Assembly (NCBI GenBank): GCA_045613865.1
Contig: JAZLBT010000020.1
Coordinates: 10,661-74,660, forward strand
DNA length: 64,000 nt
Reading direction: 5' to 3'
From: Candidatus Spyradenecus sp.
Lineage (GTDB): Bacteria > Verrucomicrobiota > Kiritimatiellia > RFP12 > DVOR01
Position numbers and translations under genes: made by a program
Notes under the pieces: model-generated
What the model was told of the DNA's origin: nothing
What the model saw: the letters and a program-made list of their open reading frames with translations, nothing else
Database searches by the model: none
In this document: positions 18,634-28,097 of the stretch, piece by piece
Numbering within the stretch: the first letter of the stretch is position 1
Layout of the letters: each line of letters opens with the position of its first letter

Positions 18634-19677
18634 TTAAATTTCCAACATTCGTTGAACGCATAAACGCGCATCCGAAACCAACGAATCATCCACACGCACG
18701 AGAGCCTCTTCTGGCCATACTTGAAGTACATTAAGAAGTTGTTCTAGAGTTGTTAAACCCATGTCCTCGCAAACGATTGGACGAATCGGTTGAATCGTCA
18801 ATTGTGGATTTGCTGCCATCAAACGACGAACCAAATGATCTTCTGTTCCAATAAGAAATTGCTGACCAGCTGTCGCAGATTGAATAACATCAATAATCCC
18901 TTTAGTTGAACCTGCTTTATCAGCTTGTGCCGCGACAAGAGAGGGCGCTTCTGGATGTATCAAAACTTGAGCTTGAGGCAAACGTGCACGTGCTTCTGCG
19001 ATATCCAATTGCGTATAACTTGCATGAATTGGACAACACCCATCCCACGCGATAAGTGTTGCCGATTGAATCTCTATATCCGTCAAACCGCCTCGCGGGC
19101 AAGTTCTACGCCAAAGCTTTACTGCATCCGTTGGATAACCGAGCTCACGCATGATATTAGAACAAAGATGCTGGTCTGGCGCAAAAAGGATATTATAGCC
19201 TTGAGAAAGATAATGCTTAACGATCGCATGACCATTACCTGACGTACATGCGCTACCCCCATGTCGCCCGCAAAAAGCCTTCACATCCGCAGATGAGTTC
19301 ACATAAACAATCGGCACCCATTTTTTCTGTGGAGCGGTCGACGTTAAAACGTCCCAAGCAACCTCAAGCGCATCAGCACTTGCCATATCAGCCATGGGGC
19401 AACCTGCAGCAGGAGCGGGTTGATAAACACGACGGCCATTATCTTGTCCCGTTAGCGAACGAGAAAGTACATCTGCAGTTTCCGCCATAAAACGAACGCC
19501 ACAAAAGACAATACGCTTTGCATTAGAAGCCGCTGCAATACGCGACAATTCCAAAGAATCGCCCACGGCATCACAAAAGGGAATAATGGATGAATCTTGA
19601 TAATGATGCCCCAAGATCAACAAAGCATCGCCCCATTGATGACGGAGTTGTTGAATGGAATCTGCTACCGAGGTCAT
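18634..19677 (-). CDS. nadA: Quinolinate synthase NadA
   Basis: Full-length NadA similarity (LGHHYQ, VRFMAETA, conserved Cys ligands). Start set to the ATG forming an ATGA overlap with the tsaE stop; the track ORF extends to 19743. Confidence 0.88.
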   Translation of the reverse strand: MTSVADSIQQLRHQWGDALLILGHHYQDSSIIPFCDAVGDSLELSRIAAASNAKRIVFCGVRFMAETADVLSRSLTGQDNGRRVYQPAPAAGCPMADMASADALEVAWDVLTSTAPQKKWVPIVYVNSSADVKAFCGRHGGSACTSGNGHAIVKHYLSQGYNILFAPDQHLCSNIMRELGYPTDAVKLWRRTCPRGGLTDIEIQSATLIAWDGCCPIHASYTQLDIAEARARLPQAQVLIHPEAPSLVAAQADKAGSTKGIIDVIQSATAGQQFLIGTEDHLVRRLMAANPQLTIQPIRPIVCEDMGLTTLEQLLNVLQVWPEEALVRVDDSLVSDARLCVQRMLEI

Positions 19678-20120
19678 ACACACTCCTCCACTAATGTCGC
19701 TTGACGAGAACCATTCGGCATTAACACCAAGGTCAACACCCAACGATGTGGTACCTCAACATCAAGTACAGACTGGGCGCGTTCTGGCCACTCTATTGCC
19801 AAACGATCGCCACGCTCTATCACCTCATCGAGACCTAAATCATAAAAACCTTCAGAAGAGGCCAACCGATAGAGATCACAATGAACTAAACGCCCTCCTG
19901 TGGGGAGCGGATATTCATTAACGAGTGTAAATGTTGGACTCGTTACGGTCCGTGTGATATTGTAACATCGTGCAAGGGCTTGCACAAAAGTTGTCTTACC
20001 TGCACCAAGATTACCCTTCAAAAGCAAAGTGGCGCCAGGTTCTAACAACCTAGCTATCGACTGCGCTAACGCAGCTGTATCCGCCAATGTTTGGAGTTCT
20101 CGTGTTAAAACTGTTTTCAT
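19674..20120 (-). CDS. tsaE: tRNA t6A37 biosynthesis ATPase TsaE (YjeE)
   Basis: About 150 aa with P-loop GNLGAGKTT and the family motif SPTFTLVNEY. The start is ambiguous between ATG 20120 and TTG 20132. Confidence 0.85.
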   Translation of the reverse strand: MKTVLTRELQTLADTAALAQSIARLLEPGATLLLKGNLGAGKTTFVQALARCYNITRTVTSPTFTLVNEYPLPTGGRLVHCDLYRLASSEGFYDLGLDEVIERGDRLAIEWPERAQSVLDVEVPHRWVLTLVLMPNGSRQATLVEECV

Positions 20121-20137
20121 GCCTAAGGGCAAGATCC

Positions 20138-20368
20138 TTACATCACTCGTTCAACAACGATCTCAGCGTCAATTTCCTCGCGAAGAACGCGCTCGATTCC
20201 GCTCTTCAAAGTGATTGTTGCATGCGGGCAACAACCGCAAGCACCACGCAAACGCAAGTGAACGATTTTCCCTTCAATATCAATCAATTCGAGGTCGCCA
20301 CCATCGGCTTGGAGCATTCCACGGAGATCTTCGAGTTTGGCCTTAATCTTTTCATTTAATTCGTTCAT
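20138..20368 (-). CDS. NifU-like (Nfu-type) Fe-S cluster carrier domain protein
   Basis: 76 aa with GGDLELIDIEG ... GACGCCPHA, the CxxC motif of the Nfu C-terminal domain. Confidence 0.85.
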   Translation of the reverse strand: MNELNEKIKAKLEDLRGMLQADGGDLELIDIEGKIVHLRLRGACGCCPHATITLKSGIERVLREEIDAEIVVERVM

Positions 20369-20539
20369 TGAGAGAATCCTTTCTTAACGTCCCTAATTAT
20401 ATCAAAAGTTGGTCTTAAATGGGAATACTTTTTCAACGCTTTGATGGGGAATATGATTGTGCGCAGTCACGCCTTTACATCGACTTTCCTCTTCTTCCAT
20501 AAAGAGATGTTTATTTTCATTTAGTCTTTTGGAAAGACA

Positions 20540-20568
20540 TTGCTTTTTAGGGTTATTTCGGCTATAAT
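20540..20568 (+). promoter_or_regulatory. Candidate sigma70 promoter of rpe
   Basis: TTGCTT-N17-TATAAT, ending 44 nt upstream of the rpe ATG. Confidence 0.5.
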
Positions 20569-20612
20569 TTTGTTGTTCTTTTAGAAGACTCATATTTTGG
20601 AGAAGACAAGCG

Positions 20613-21287
20613 ATGAAGATTGAGATTCTTCCCTCCCTTTTAGCCGCCGATTTGGGGCATTTAGCAGACGGCATTTTGCGCGTTTCCGATGCGGGCGCAG
20701 ATGCATTACATCTTGATATTATGGACGGGCACTTTGTTCCCAATCTTTCGTTTGCCCCCGACACCTCTGCGCTCTGCCGAAAGGTTCTCCCAATAGGCTT
20801 TCCCATCAACACACACTTAATGATGACCAATCCCGATAAGTATGCATTGCAATTTATCGAAAAAGGTAGCACAACCATTCAGTATCACCTCGAAGTGCGT
20901 GATCGTGTCAACATTCGTGCTTTGGCCGAACAAATTCATGCAAAGGGGATGCGCGTTGGATTGGCTCTTAACCCTGATATGCCAGCAGAAGTAGCCCTTC
21001 CCTATCTTGATTGTGCGGACGGATTACTTTGTATGACCGTTTTCCCTGGATACGGCGGTCAAGCATTTATCGAAGATGTACTTCCCAAGGTTCAACAACT
21101 TCGTCGCGCAGCGCCTGAGATGGACATTATGGTTGATGGAGGCGTCAACTTTGAAACTGCAGAACGCGCTGCTGCTGCTGGTGCAAATCAGTTTGTTGCA
21201 GGCTCTTTCCTCTTCAAACAAAATGACATGGGGGCTGCAATTACAGAACTCCGTCAACGTTGTGAACGCGCCTTTAAACGAGCGTAA
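20613..21287 (+). CDS. rpe: Ribulose-phosphate 3-epimerase
   Basis: 224 aa with the signature LHLDIMDGHFVPN and the C-terminal DGG motif. Confidence 0.92.
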   Translation: MKIEILPSLLAADLGHLADGILRVSDAGADALHLDIMDGHFVPNLSFAPDTSALCRKVLPIGFPINTHLMMTNPDKYALQFIEKGSTTIQYHLEVRDRVNIRALAEQIHAKGMRVGLALNPDMPAEVALPYLDCADGLLCMTVFPGYGGQAFIEDVLPKVQQLRRAAPEMDIMVDGGVNFETAERAAAAGANQFVAGSFLFKQNDMGAAITELRQRCERAFKRA

Positions 21288-21290
21288 AAT

Positions 21291-22703
21291 ATGGCTCTCC
21301 CTCGTGCAGCAAAGGAACTCGGGCGTGCGCCTATCGCGCATTTGCTTTTTCGCTATTCTATGCCAGCGATTGTTGGTATGCTCGTGATGATTTTCTACAA
21401 TGTAGTTGATCGTCTTTATGTTAGCCATGCCGTAGGCGAAGCTGGACTTGCAGGTTTTGCCCTCACCTTCCCCTTCTCCATGATTACAGTCGCCTTTGGC
21501 ACACTCATTGGAATTGGAACTGCGACGCGAATCTCTATCTCCATGGGAAAAGGAAAACGAGAAATCGCACGTTGTTATCTAGGGCAAGCTGTTTGTATCT
21601 ATGCGATCATTTCATTTCTCCTCTTTCCTCTACTATCCCTCTTTTTAGAGGAACTTCTTATGTGGACAGGAGGAACGCCCGAAAGCATCCCCTATGCGCT
21701 TGAATACTTGCAAGTCATCTTACTCGCATGTTGTTTTCAATATGGAAGTTTTGGCCTTAATGGGATTTTACGCGCAGAAGGCTTACCCAAAGTTGCACTC
21801 GGCATGATGTTATTAGGGGCGGCTGTTAATATCATTGCTGACCCATTTTTCATTTTCGACACGGTCCCCCTTTATTTCTTTGATGCGCCTGGGCTTGGAA
21901 TGGGAATCCGAGGGGCTGCAATCGCAACAGTATTAGGCCAGGCATGCGCTGCAATCCTAACACTCTATCACTTTTTACGACCAACAGCGAGTATTCGTCT
22001 TAAACTCGGCTATATAAAAATATACCCCTCGCTTATTTGGAGTGTACTTATTATTGGACTTGCACCTTTTGCGGTAAACCTTATGGGGAGTATTGTAAAC
22101 ATGCTCTACAATATTCTCTTTAAACATTGGGCAATCTCTGATACTGAGGCGAACCTTCAAATTGCTTCCATCGGTATTATTATGACCATTCAGATGGTTT
22201 TTATGATGCCTGTACTAGGGCTCTCTCAAGGACTACAACCCATCGCAGGGTTTAACTATGGAGCTAAAAATTATAAACGCCTACTCCACGTTTATACGCT
22301 CGCAAAAATATTAGGAGGAAGTTACATTTTTGTATGTACACTTCTAACAATTCTTTTCCGCCATACACTTGTTGGACTCTTTTGTCAGAATGACTCCTCT
22401 GGCGAATTAATGGCATTTGCATCGCACGCATTAATTATCTTTTTCATGGGTTTCTTTTTTGTTGGCTATGCAATGATTGTGGGGCAGTATTTCCAAAGCA
22501 TAGGCCATAGCCGTACCAGTATTATCATGAGTCTCTCACGACAATGTACAATGCTTATGCCCCTTATGCTTCTACTTCCCAATTTTATGGGAATTAACGG
22601 CATTTGGTGGGCCGCTCCAATCTCCGATATTCTTTCCATTCTCATGGCGTTGTGGTACGACCTACGCGAACATCAACGCATTCATACACTAATGCAAGCT
22701 TAA
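21291..22703 (+). CDS. MATE-family efflux transporter
   Basis: 470 aa and about 12 predicted TM segments. The N-terminal region LLFRYSMPAIVGMLVMIFYNVVDRLYVSH is typical of NorM/MATE proteins. Confidence 0.8.
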   Translation: MALPRAAKELGRAPIAHLLFRYSMPAIVGMLVMIFYNVVDRLYVSHAVGEAGLAGFALTFPFSMITVAFGTLIGIGTATRISISMGKGKREIARCYLGQAVCIYAIISFLLFPLLSLFLEELLMWTGGTPESIPYALEYLQVILLACCFQYGSFGLNGILRAEGLPKVALGMMLLGAAVNIIADPFFIFDTVPLYFFDAPGLGMGIRGAAIATVLGQACAAILTLYHFLRPTASIRLKLGYIKIYPSLIWSVLIIGLAPFAVNLMGSIVNMLYNILFKHWAISDTEANLQIASIGIIMTIQMVFMMPVLGLSQGLQPIAGFNYGAKNYKRLLHVYTLAKILGGSYIFVCTLLTILFRHTLVGLFCQNDSSGELMAFASHALIIFFMGFFFVGYAMIVGQYFQSIGHSRTSIIMSLSRQCTMLMPLMLLLPNFMGINGIWWAAPISDILSILMALWYDLREHQRIHTLMQA

Positions 22704-22737
22704 ATGCGCTTCTTTCCGTTGTTACTACGAAAAAAAC

Positions 22738-22766
22738 TTGCACCAACAACAAAAGAGGCGTATAAT
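22738..22766 (+). promoter_or_regulatory. Candidate sigma70 promoter of pta
   Basis: TTGCAC-N17-TATAAT, ending 45 nt upstream of the pta ATG. Confidence 0.55.
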
Positions 22767-22811
22767 AACAAATGATTTTCTTTATATTTTCCACATGAAA
22801 GGACACGCTCT

Positions 22812-23822
22812 ATGGATTTGTTAAAACAAGTAAGCGAAACCGCTAAAGGCTCTGGACGTACAATTGTTCTTCCAGAAGGTCAAGATCCTCGCGTCATTAA
22901 GGCCGCCAATCTTGCCGTTCAAGAAGGAGTGGCGAAAATTATTGTGCTTGGCTCCCCAGAAGAAATTTCCTTCTCCGAAGTCGCAGCAGGCATGAAACTC
23001 GCAGCAACCGTTCAAGTCATTGACTACACGAAGGACCCTCTCCTTGATACGCTCTCAGAAGCCTTCTATGAAAAGCGTAAGGCCAAAGGACTCTCCCTTG
23101 AAGAAGCACGCAATACATTGATTGAAAAGCGCATCTTCTTCGGCGCAATGATGCTTGAACAAAACATCGCAGATGGTCTTGTAGCGGGATCGATTGCCTC
23201 CACGGGCGATATGCTCCGCGCCGCCTTCCAGTGCGTTGGAACTGCGCCTGGCATTAAGCTCGCCTCCTCGGTCTTCCTTATGGGTTTACGCGAACCCACC
23301 CCCGCTGGAGATGATGTAATTTGTTTCGCGGACTGCGCGGTAAATCCCTGCCCGACAGCTGAGCAGATGGTAGATATCGCCCTCGCAACAGCACGTACCT
23401 ATCGCTCCCTCATCGGCAAGCAGCCAAAGGTTGCCTTCCTTTCCTTCTCCTCGAAGGGTTCTGCAAGTCATGAACTTGTTGACAAGGTCGCACGTGCCGC
23501 AGAAATGACGCGTAAGAAATTTGAAGAGCTTCACTTTGATGCACTTGTAGATGGTGAAATTCAAGCAGACGCTGCACTCGTCCCCGCAATTGCAGTCCAA
23601 AAGAATCCTGGTGGCGCAATCAAAGGCGACGCGAATGTGCTCATTTTCCCAGATTTGCAATCGGGTAACATTTGTTACAAGCTCGTTCAGCGTTTGGGTG
23701 GCGCAATGGCGTATGGTCCATTGGTTCAGGGTGTCGCAAAGCCAATTAACGACCTCTCGCGTGGTTGCTCGGCAGAAGATATCTATGCAAACATCTGCCT
23801 CACAGTTGGCCAAACACTCTAA
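22812..23822 (+). CDS. pta: Phosphate acetyltransferase (short form)
   Basis: 336 aa. IVLPEGQDPRVIKAA and the C-terminal region are typical of the PTA_PTB family. No ackA is adjacent. Confidence 0.88.
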   Translation: MDLLKQVSETAKGSGRTIVLPEGQDPRVIKAANLAVQEGVAKIIVLGSPEEISFSEVAAGMKLAATVQVIDYTKDPLLDTLSEAFYEKRKAKGLSLEEARNTLIEKRIFFGAMMLEQNIADGLVAGSIASTGDMLRAAFQCVGTAPGIKLASSVFLMGLREPTPAGDDVICFADCAVNPCPTAEQMVDIALATARTYRSLIGKQPKVAFLSFSSKGSASHELVDKVARAAEMTRKKFEELHFDALVDGEIQADAALVPAIAVQKNPGGAIKGDANVLIFPDLQSGNICYKLVQRLGGAMAYGPLVQGVAKPINDLSRGCSAEDIYANICLTVGQTL

Positions 23823-23830
23823 TTTCAAAC

Positions 23831-24976
23831 ATGACAGAACGTCTCGCACGTATTATTCTCAATACCGTGCCAAACGTTGGCGCAGCGAAAGTCAGTGCCC
23901 TTATTAATGCATTTGGTTCACTCTCCGCTGCCGCCAACGTCTCCGCCAACGCCATTGTTGAATCGTGCAATGGCATTGGTGAAACAACCGCTCAACACAT
24001 TCATCAAGCCCTTCACTCCGATATCGCAGAACGAGAAGAAGCCAAAGCTGCTTCGTGTCATGTAACAATCCTCACCGAACTTGACGAGGCTTGGCCGAGC
24101 TGTCTTAATCAACTCGACTCACCTCCTCTTTGTCTCTACTGTGCAGGCGACATTCGCTTACTTAAAGACCCTCAAATTGCTATCGTTGGCACACGCCAAG
24201 CCTCCCTCTATGGTAAGGATCAAGCACAACGCATTGCGCGCTATCTCGCAACCGTTGGTCTTCACATTACCAGTGGTCTTGCCGAGGGGATTGACACTGC
24301 AGCCCATCAAGGTGCGCTTCAGTCAGAAGGTCATAAGGGAAAAACCATCGCTGTGATTGGGGCAGCGCTTGATTGCCTCTATCCCCAAAGCAACAAACCA
24401 CTCGCGAGAGAGATTGTTCAAAAGGGAGGACTCGTCCTTTGCGAATATCCCTTTGGACGTTATGCCAACACCCAAACATTTCCCCGTCGTAATCGTTTAA
24501 TTGCAGCCTTAAGCCAAGGTATTCTTGTCGTTGAGACCGCATTTCATGGGGGTACAATGGGGACTGTAAAATATGGCGTCAACCTAGGACGTCCCATCTT
24601 CGCTATTCCAGGCCGTCTAGAATGGCCAAGTTTTTACGGAAATCACAAGTTAATCCACGAGGGCATAGCACGTTTAATCTACAGCCCTGAACATATCATC
24701 AACAGCATACAAGACACGCTCGCAATGGGGCTCACATCAACCAAAGACCAACCTTTTTTTCTTGCCGATAACACCCCTAAAAGCACGCTCCCCTTCGGTC
24801 TTAACGAACAAGAGACGCTCGTATGGGAAGCCCTTGACCTTGACGGCATAAGTCTTGACGAAATTGCAGAACGCACCCAACTCCCCATGGGACAGTTGAT
24901 GTCCATCACAACGGCGTTGCAAATTCGCAAGAAAATACGCCTTCTCCCCGGCGGACGTTATGCCCGCACGAAGTAA
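23831..24976 (+). CDS. dprA: DNA-processing protein DprA (Smf)
   Basis: Rossmann-like DprA core (IAIVGTRQASLYG, SGLAEGIDTAAHQGAL) plus a C-terminal winged-helix-like domain. Start moved to ATG 23831, 8 nt after the pta stop. Confidence 0.85.
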   Translation: MTERLARIILNTVPNVGAAKVSALINAFGSLSAAANVSANAIVESCNGIGETTAQHIHQALHSDIAEREEAKAASCHVTILTELDEAWPSCLNQLDSPPLCLYCAGDIRLLKDPQIAIVGTRQASLYGKDQAQRIARYLATVGLHITSGLAEGIDTAAHQGALQSEGHKGKTIAVIGAALDCLYPQSNKPLAREIVQKGGLVLCEYPFGRYANTQTFPRRNRLIAALSQGILVVETAFHGGTMGTVKYGVNLGRPIFAIPGRLEWPSFYGNHKLIHEGIARLIYSPEHIINSIQDTLAMGLTSTKDQPFFLADNTPKSTLPFGLNEQETLVWEALDLDGISLDEIAERTQLPMGQLMSITTALQIRKKIRLLPGGRYARTK

Positions 24977-24990
24977 GCGCTCCCCTCATT

Positions 24991-26214
24991 TTATCCTCTC
25001 TGTTGACGCGCAAGTAAGCGGAAGAGAATCACCAATGTAATCACGGTGATTAAGGCGATGATTCCCATAAAGGCAAAAGCAAAGGGAAGATTCATCGCTT
25101 TTGAAAGATAACCCACAACTGGTGGCGCGACCAAAAAACCCATCGCACCAATCGTTGAGACCTCTGCAATTGCAACCCCAGGTGGCACATTGTCGAGCTT
25201 TCCCGCAATTGCACAGCAAAGCGGCGTCATTGCGCTCGCTCCCATGCCAATACACCCACATCCGACCAATGCACCCAAGAAAGCAAAATTTACGAATGCG
25301 CCAACTATCATTAACGCAAATCCAACAAAGACTAAAATCGACGACGTCAACAAGATTGACTTAACACCAAAGCGTTCGACAAGACCATCGGTTACAAAGC
25401 GAACCGCCACCATGGATCCAAGAAAGGTTAAGTACGCCATCTTCTCTTGCGTGACGACCGCTTGCACAACGTCACGCATCCAGATGCCATTCCAATCATA
25501 AATCGTACCTTCGCAAATCATACAACCAAAGACCGCGAGTCCCAAACACATCAAGACCGGCGTGAATTGCCATGCCGCAGAGACGCGTTTCGATTCGGTT
25601 TGAGGGCGTTCAGCTTCGGGCATTAATGCGCCCCCCGAAAAGCAGAGAAGTGTAGCTGTTGCGACTCCAATGGCCGAGAAATGGAGTTTAATCGAGACAT
25701 CCCCAAAGGCGAGAAGAGAGGCAATCATCACTGCAACGAGTCCTGCAGTTGACCACATTGCATGGAAAAACGTCATGATGCTACGCCCATAACAACGCTC
25801 GAGCATAACGCCCTGGGTGTTTGCCGCCGTATAGGACAAGGCCGAGATAAAGCCTGCAGCAAAGAGAACCATACCAAAAAGCCAGGCTTGCGTAATATAG
25901 CCTAATGAGAAAAGCAAGGCCCCGTATCCAAAGCCCGCCGTGATTAACATCCTTCGACTGCCAAAGCGCGTTACGAGCCATCCGTTAAAAGGCATCCCCA
26001 CAATCTGTCCTAACGACATCGCGAGGAGTAAACTTCCCAAGGCCGCATGATCAAGACCAAGCGTCTCGCGAACGGAGGGAATACGCGATGTCCACGTTGC
26101 GAAGATGAGCCCTTGAATAAAGAAAGAACAACAAATCGCAATTCGCTGTCTCACAAGCGTTGCCATCTGCGGAAAAAAGTATCGGGAAAATAAAATCGAA
26201 TCCTTACGCATCAT
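24991..26214 (-). CDS. MFS transporter
   Basis: 407 aa with 12 predicted TM helices in a 6+6 arrangement and no soluble domains. Confidence 0.7.
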   Translation of the reverse strand: MMRKDSILFSRYFFPQMATLVRQRIAICCSFFIQGLIFATWTSRIPSVRETLGLDHAALGSLLLAMSLGQIVGMPFNGWLVTRFGSRRMLITAGFGYGALLFSLGYITQAWLFGMVLFAAGFISALSYTAANTQGVMLERCYGRSIMTFFHAMWSTAGLVAVMIASLLAFGDVSIKLHFSAIGVATATLLCFSGGALMPEAERPQTESKRVSAAWQFTPVLMCLGLAVFGCMICEGTIYDWNGIWMRDVVQAVVTQEKMAYLTFLGSMVAVRFVTDGLVERFGVKSILLTSSILVFVGFALMIVGAFVNFAFLGALVGCGCIGMGASAMTPLCCAIAGKLDNVPPGVAIAEVSTIGAMGFLVAPPVVGYLSKAMNLPFAFAFMGIIALITVITLVILFRLLARQQRG

Positions 26215-26324
26215 TAACTTCCTTTGCGCTCATTTTATCATATCCCCTTCTAAAAGGGAATCACAAAGCATACGACATTCACCGTTCGTGCCGTGTGTAG
26301 ACGAGAGGGATATGTTGGAGTAGA

Positions 26325-27572
26325 TTAATGTGCAGCATTCAACCACGCGGCAAGCGCCTTGGCGCAATCGAGGAAAGTGTTACCCTCAAAAGGGAGTGTT
26401 GTCGCAAGCGCAACAGGAGCATCCACGCGGCCATGCGTACCACGCACACGAAGCGGATTCGTTCCAGACTGAAGAGGTGTACGCCCAAAGAACAACTCAC
26501 AGGGATCAAAGCCTGGTTTATTATGAATATCCACATGCGTGGCATAATCGGGGGCTTCCTCCGCACGATTCCACCACGGATAAGCAAACCAACACCCCGC
26601 CTTTGCTGTCACCTCAAAATCCCCATCTTGGTCAACTGACGCAATCGTGTCAACATATGGCAATCCCGCAAAGAGATCATGCACTGCGTCCTTTACCGAT
26701 GGGTCCAAACAATAGATACGCGCCGTCTGATGATCACAAAGTGCAAAAGCTTGCGACTGATAAACATCTGGATAACGCATCTTACGCACCTTACGCGTTT
26801 TGAAAAATCCCGCTTGAGCAAGAAGACGATTCGGATAAATAACACCCTCGTTACAAACATTTGTAATCGCATAATCGCCCAATATAAGCAATTCATATCC
26901 CTGAGCACGTGCAACCGTTGCAAGACGATCAATTTGTGCCATACAAAGACGAAGGCTGCGCGTTAACTTCTTAGACGGTGAAACACCCACTCGTTGAAGA
27001 TCATAATCCAACGTCGGCAAGTAAACAAAAAGTAACTCTGGTGCATCACCTCTTTGAATACGTTCGGCAACTGCATCCACGATTCCATCGCCGACAACTG
27101 GAGATGCTAAAGGCCCCCAATAACGCCAAAGTGAAATCGGATTCTTTTTCGCGAGAAGATTTTCTGGCTGTTGATAAGTCGCCATAATCATTCCGCCACC
27201 ATGCGTATGAATCGGTGCAGGCGAAACAATCTCGTCAATAGACTCCCCAAGCGATTGCTGGAAAAAATACATCCCAACGCGTCCACCGCATCGACGAAAA
27301 GAGTCCCAAACACGTGCCCCCTTTACAAGATGAGCAGATTGGCACCAAAATTGCGTCTGAAATGTTTCGGGGAAGAATTTACCATTTGCGTGCACCCCAT
27401 GTAATGCGGGTGGGAGCGCCGTTCGCAACGTTGCCTGCGCAACACAAGTAACCGCGGGCGCAACAGGCATAAGAGAACGAAAAGGCAACCCCGCAAGCGA
27501 GGACACACCTTGCTGTTCCAAAAGGTCAAACCCCAATGCGGCTACATTGAGAACAAGCAGCTTTTGCATCAT
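26325..27572 (-). CDS. Alkaline-phosphatase-superfamily (type I phosphodiesterase/NPP-like) protein
   Basis: 415 aa with overall NPP/AP-like motif order (..TCVAQATLRTALPPALHG.., ..VYLPTLDYD.., ..LILGDY.., ..GTHGRV..). Several canonical metal-ligand positions look substituted by eye. Confidence 0.55.
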   Translation of the reverse strand: MMQKLLVLNVAALGFDLLEQQGVSSLAGLPFRSLMPVAPAVTCVAQATLRTALPPALHGVHANGKFFPETFQTQFWCQSAHLVKGARVWDSFRRCGGRVGMYFFQQSLGESIDEIVSPAPIHTHGGGMIMATYQQPENLLAKKNPISLWRYWGPLASPVVGDGIVDAVAERIQRGDAPELLFVYLPTLDYDLQRVGVSPSKKLTRSLRLCMAQIDRLATVARAQGYELLILGDYAITNVCNEGVIYPNRLLAQAGFFKTRKVRKMRYPDVYQSQAFALCDHQTARIYCLDPSVKDAVHDLFAGLPYVDTIASVDQDGDFEVTAKAGCWFAYPWWNRAEEAPDYATHVDIHNKPGFDPCELFFGRTPLQSGTNPLRVRGTHGRVDAPVALATTLPFEGNTFLDCAKALAAWLNAAH

Positions 27573-27574
27573 CT

Positions 27575-28096
27575 TTAAAAATCAAGAGAAACCGCGATGT
27601 CATCCGTTGAAGGACGCCCATCCTTACCCACCGAACGAAGGGTATAACGTCCCAACGAAGCATCCTCAATCACATAAACAAAAGGTTGCCCCCATGCATC
27701 ACATACGTCTTCACGTGTAAGCTTATGCATTTCAACAAGCACACTAAGTGTTTCAGGCAATTGATTCGTATGCACAAGCGCATAAGAAGCAAGCGCTTCG
27801 TGCACCCGACTCAAGTGATATTTTGTACGCACCACGGTCGGGGTTGAGAAATCATCATCCGTTGCGGCGGTCGAGATCGTCTCAGAGTCCACAAGCGAAA
27901 GATCTTCTTCCCATGCATCCCCAACACGTTTCATATTGTTAAAATACTGTTCAAAGAGAACGCCCACACCAATACCAAGCACCACGATACAACCTGCAAC
28001 AACACGAAAAATCTTGGTTTTCTTCGCAGAAAAACCATCTTCGTCAAAGGCGATGGAATGCTCTTTTGCCATGGGTGTCCAAAAATCTTCAAACAA
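27575..28096 (-). CDS. Membrane-anchored protein with a GspG (type II secretion pseudopilin)-like C-terminal domain
   Basis: One TM helix (VVAGCIVVLGIGVGVLF). The C-terminal DAWGQPFVYV...YTLRSVGKDGRPSTDDI matches the GspG core motif, but no prepilin GFTLIE cleavage motif is present. Confidence 0.5.
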   Translation of the reverse strand: MFEDFWTPMAKEHSIAFDEDGFSAKKTKIFRVVAGCIVVLGIGVGVLFEQYFNNMKRVGDAWEEDLSLVDSETISTAATDDDFSTPTVVRTKYHLSRVHEALASYALVHTNQLPETLSVLVEMHKLTREDVCDAWGQPFVYVIEDASLGRYTLRSVGKDGRPSTDDIAVSLDF

Positions 28097-28097
28097 C

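Noticed and set aside
20402-20878. 158-aa minus-strand ORF spanning the nfu-rpe intergenic region and the 5' end of rpe.
   Set aside because: It overlaps the rpe coding sequence and its predicted promoter. It has no SD and no recognisable domain, so it is most likely spurious.
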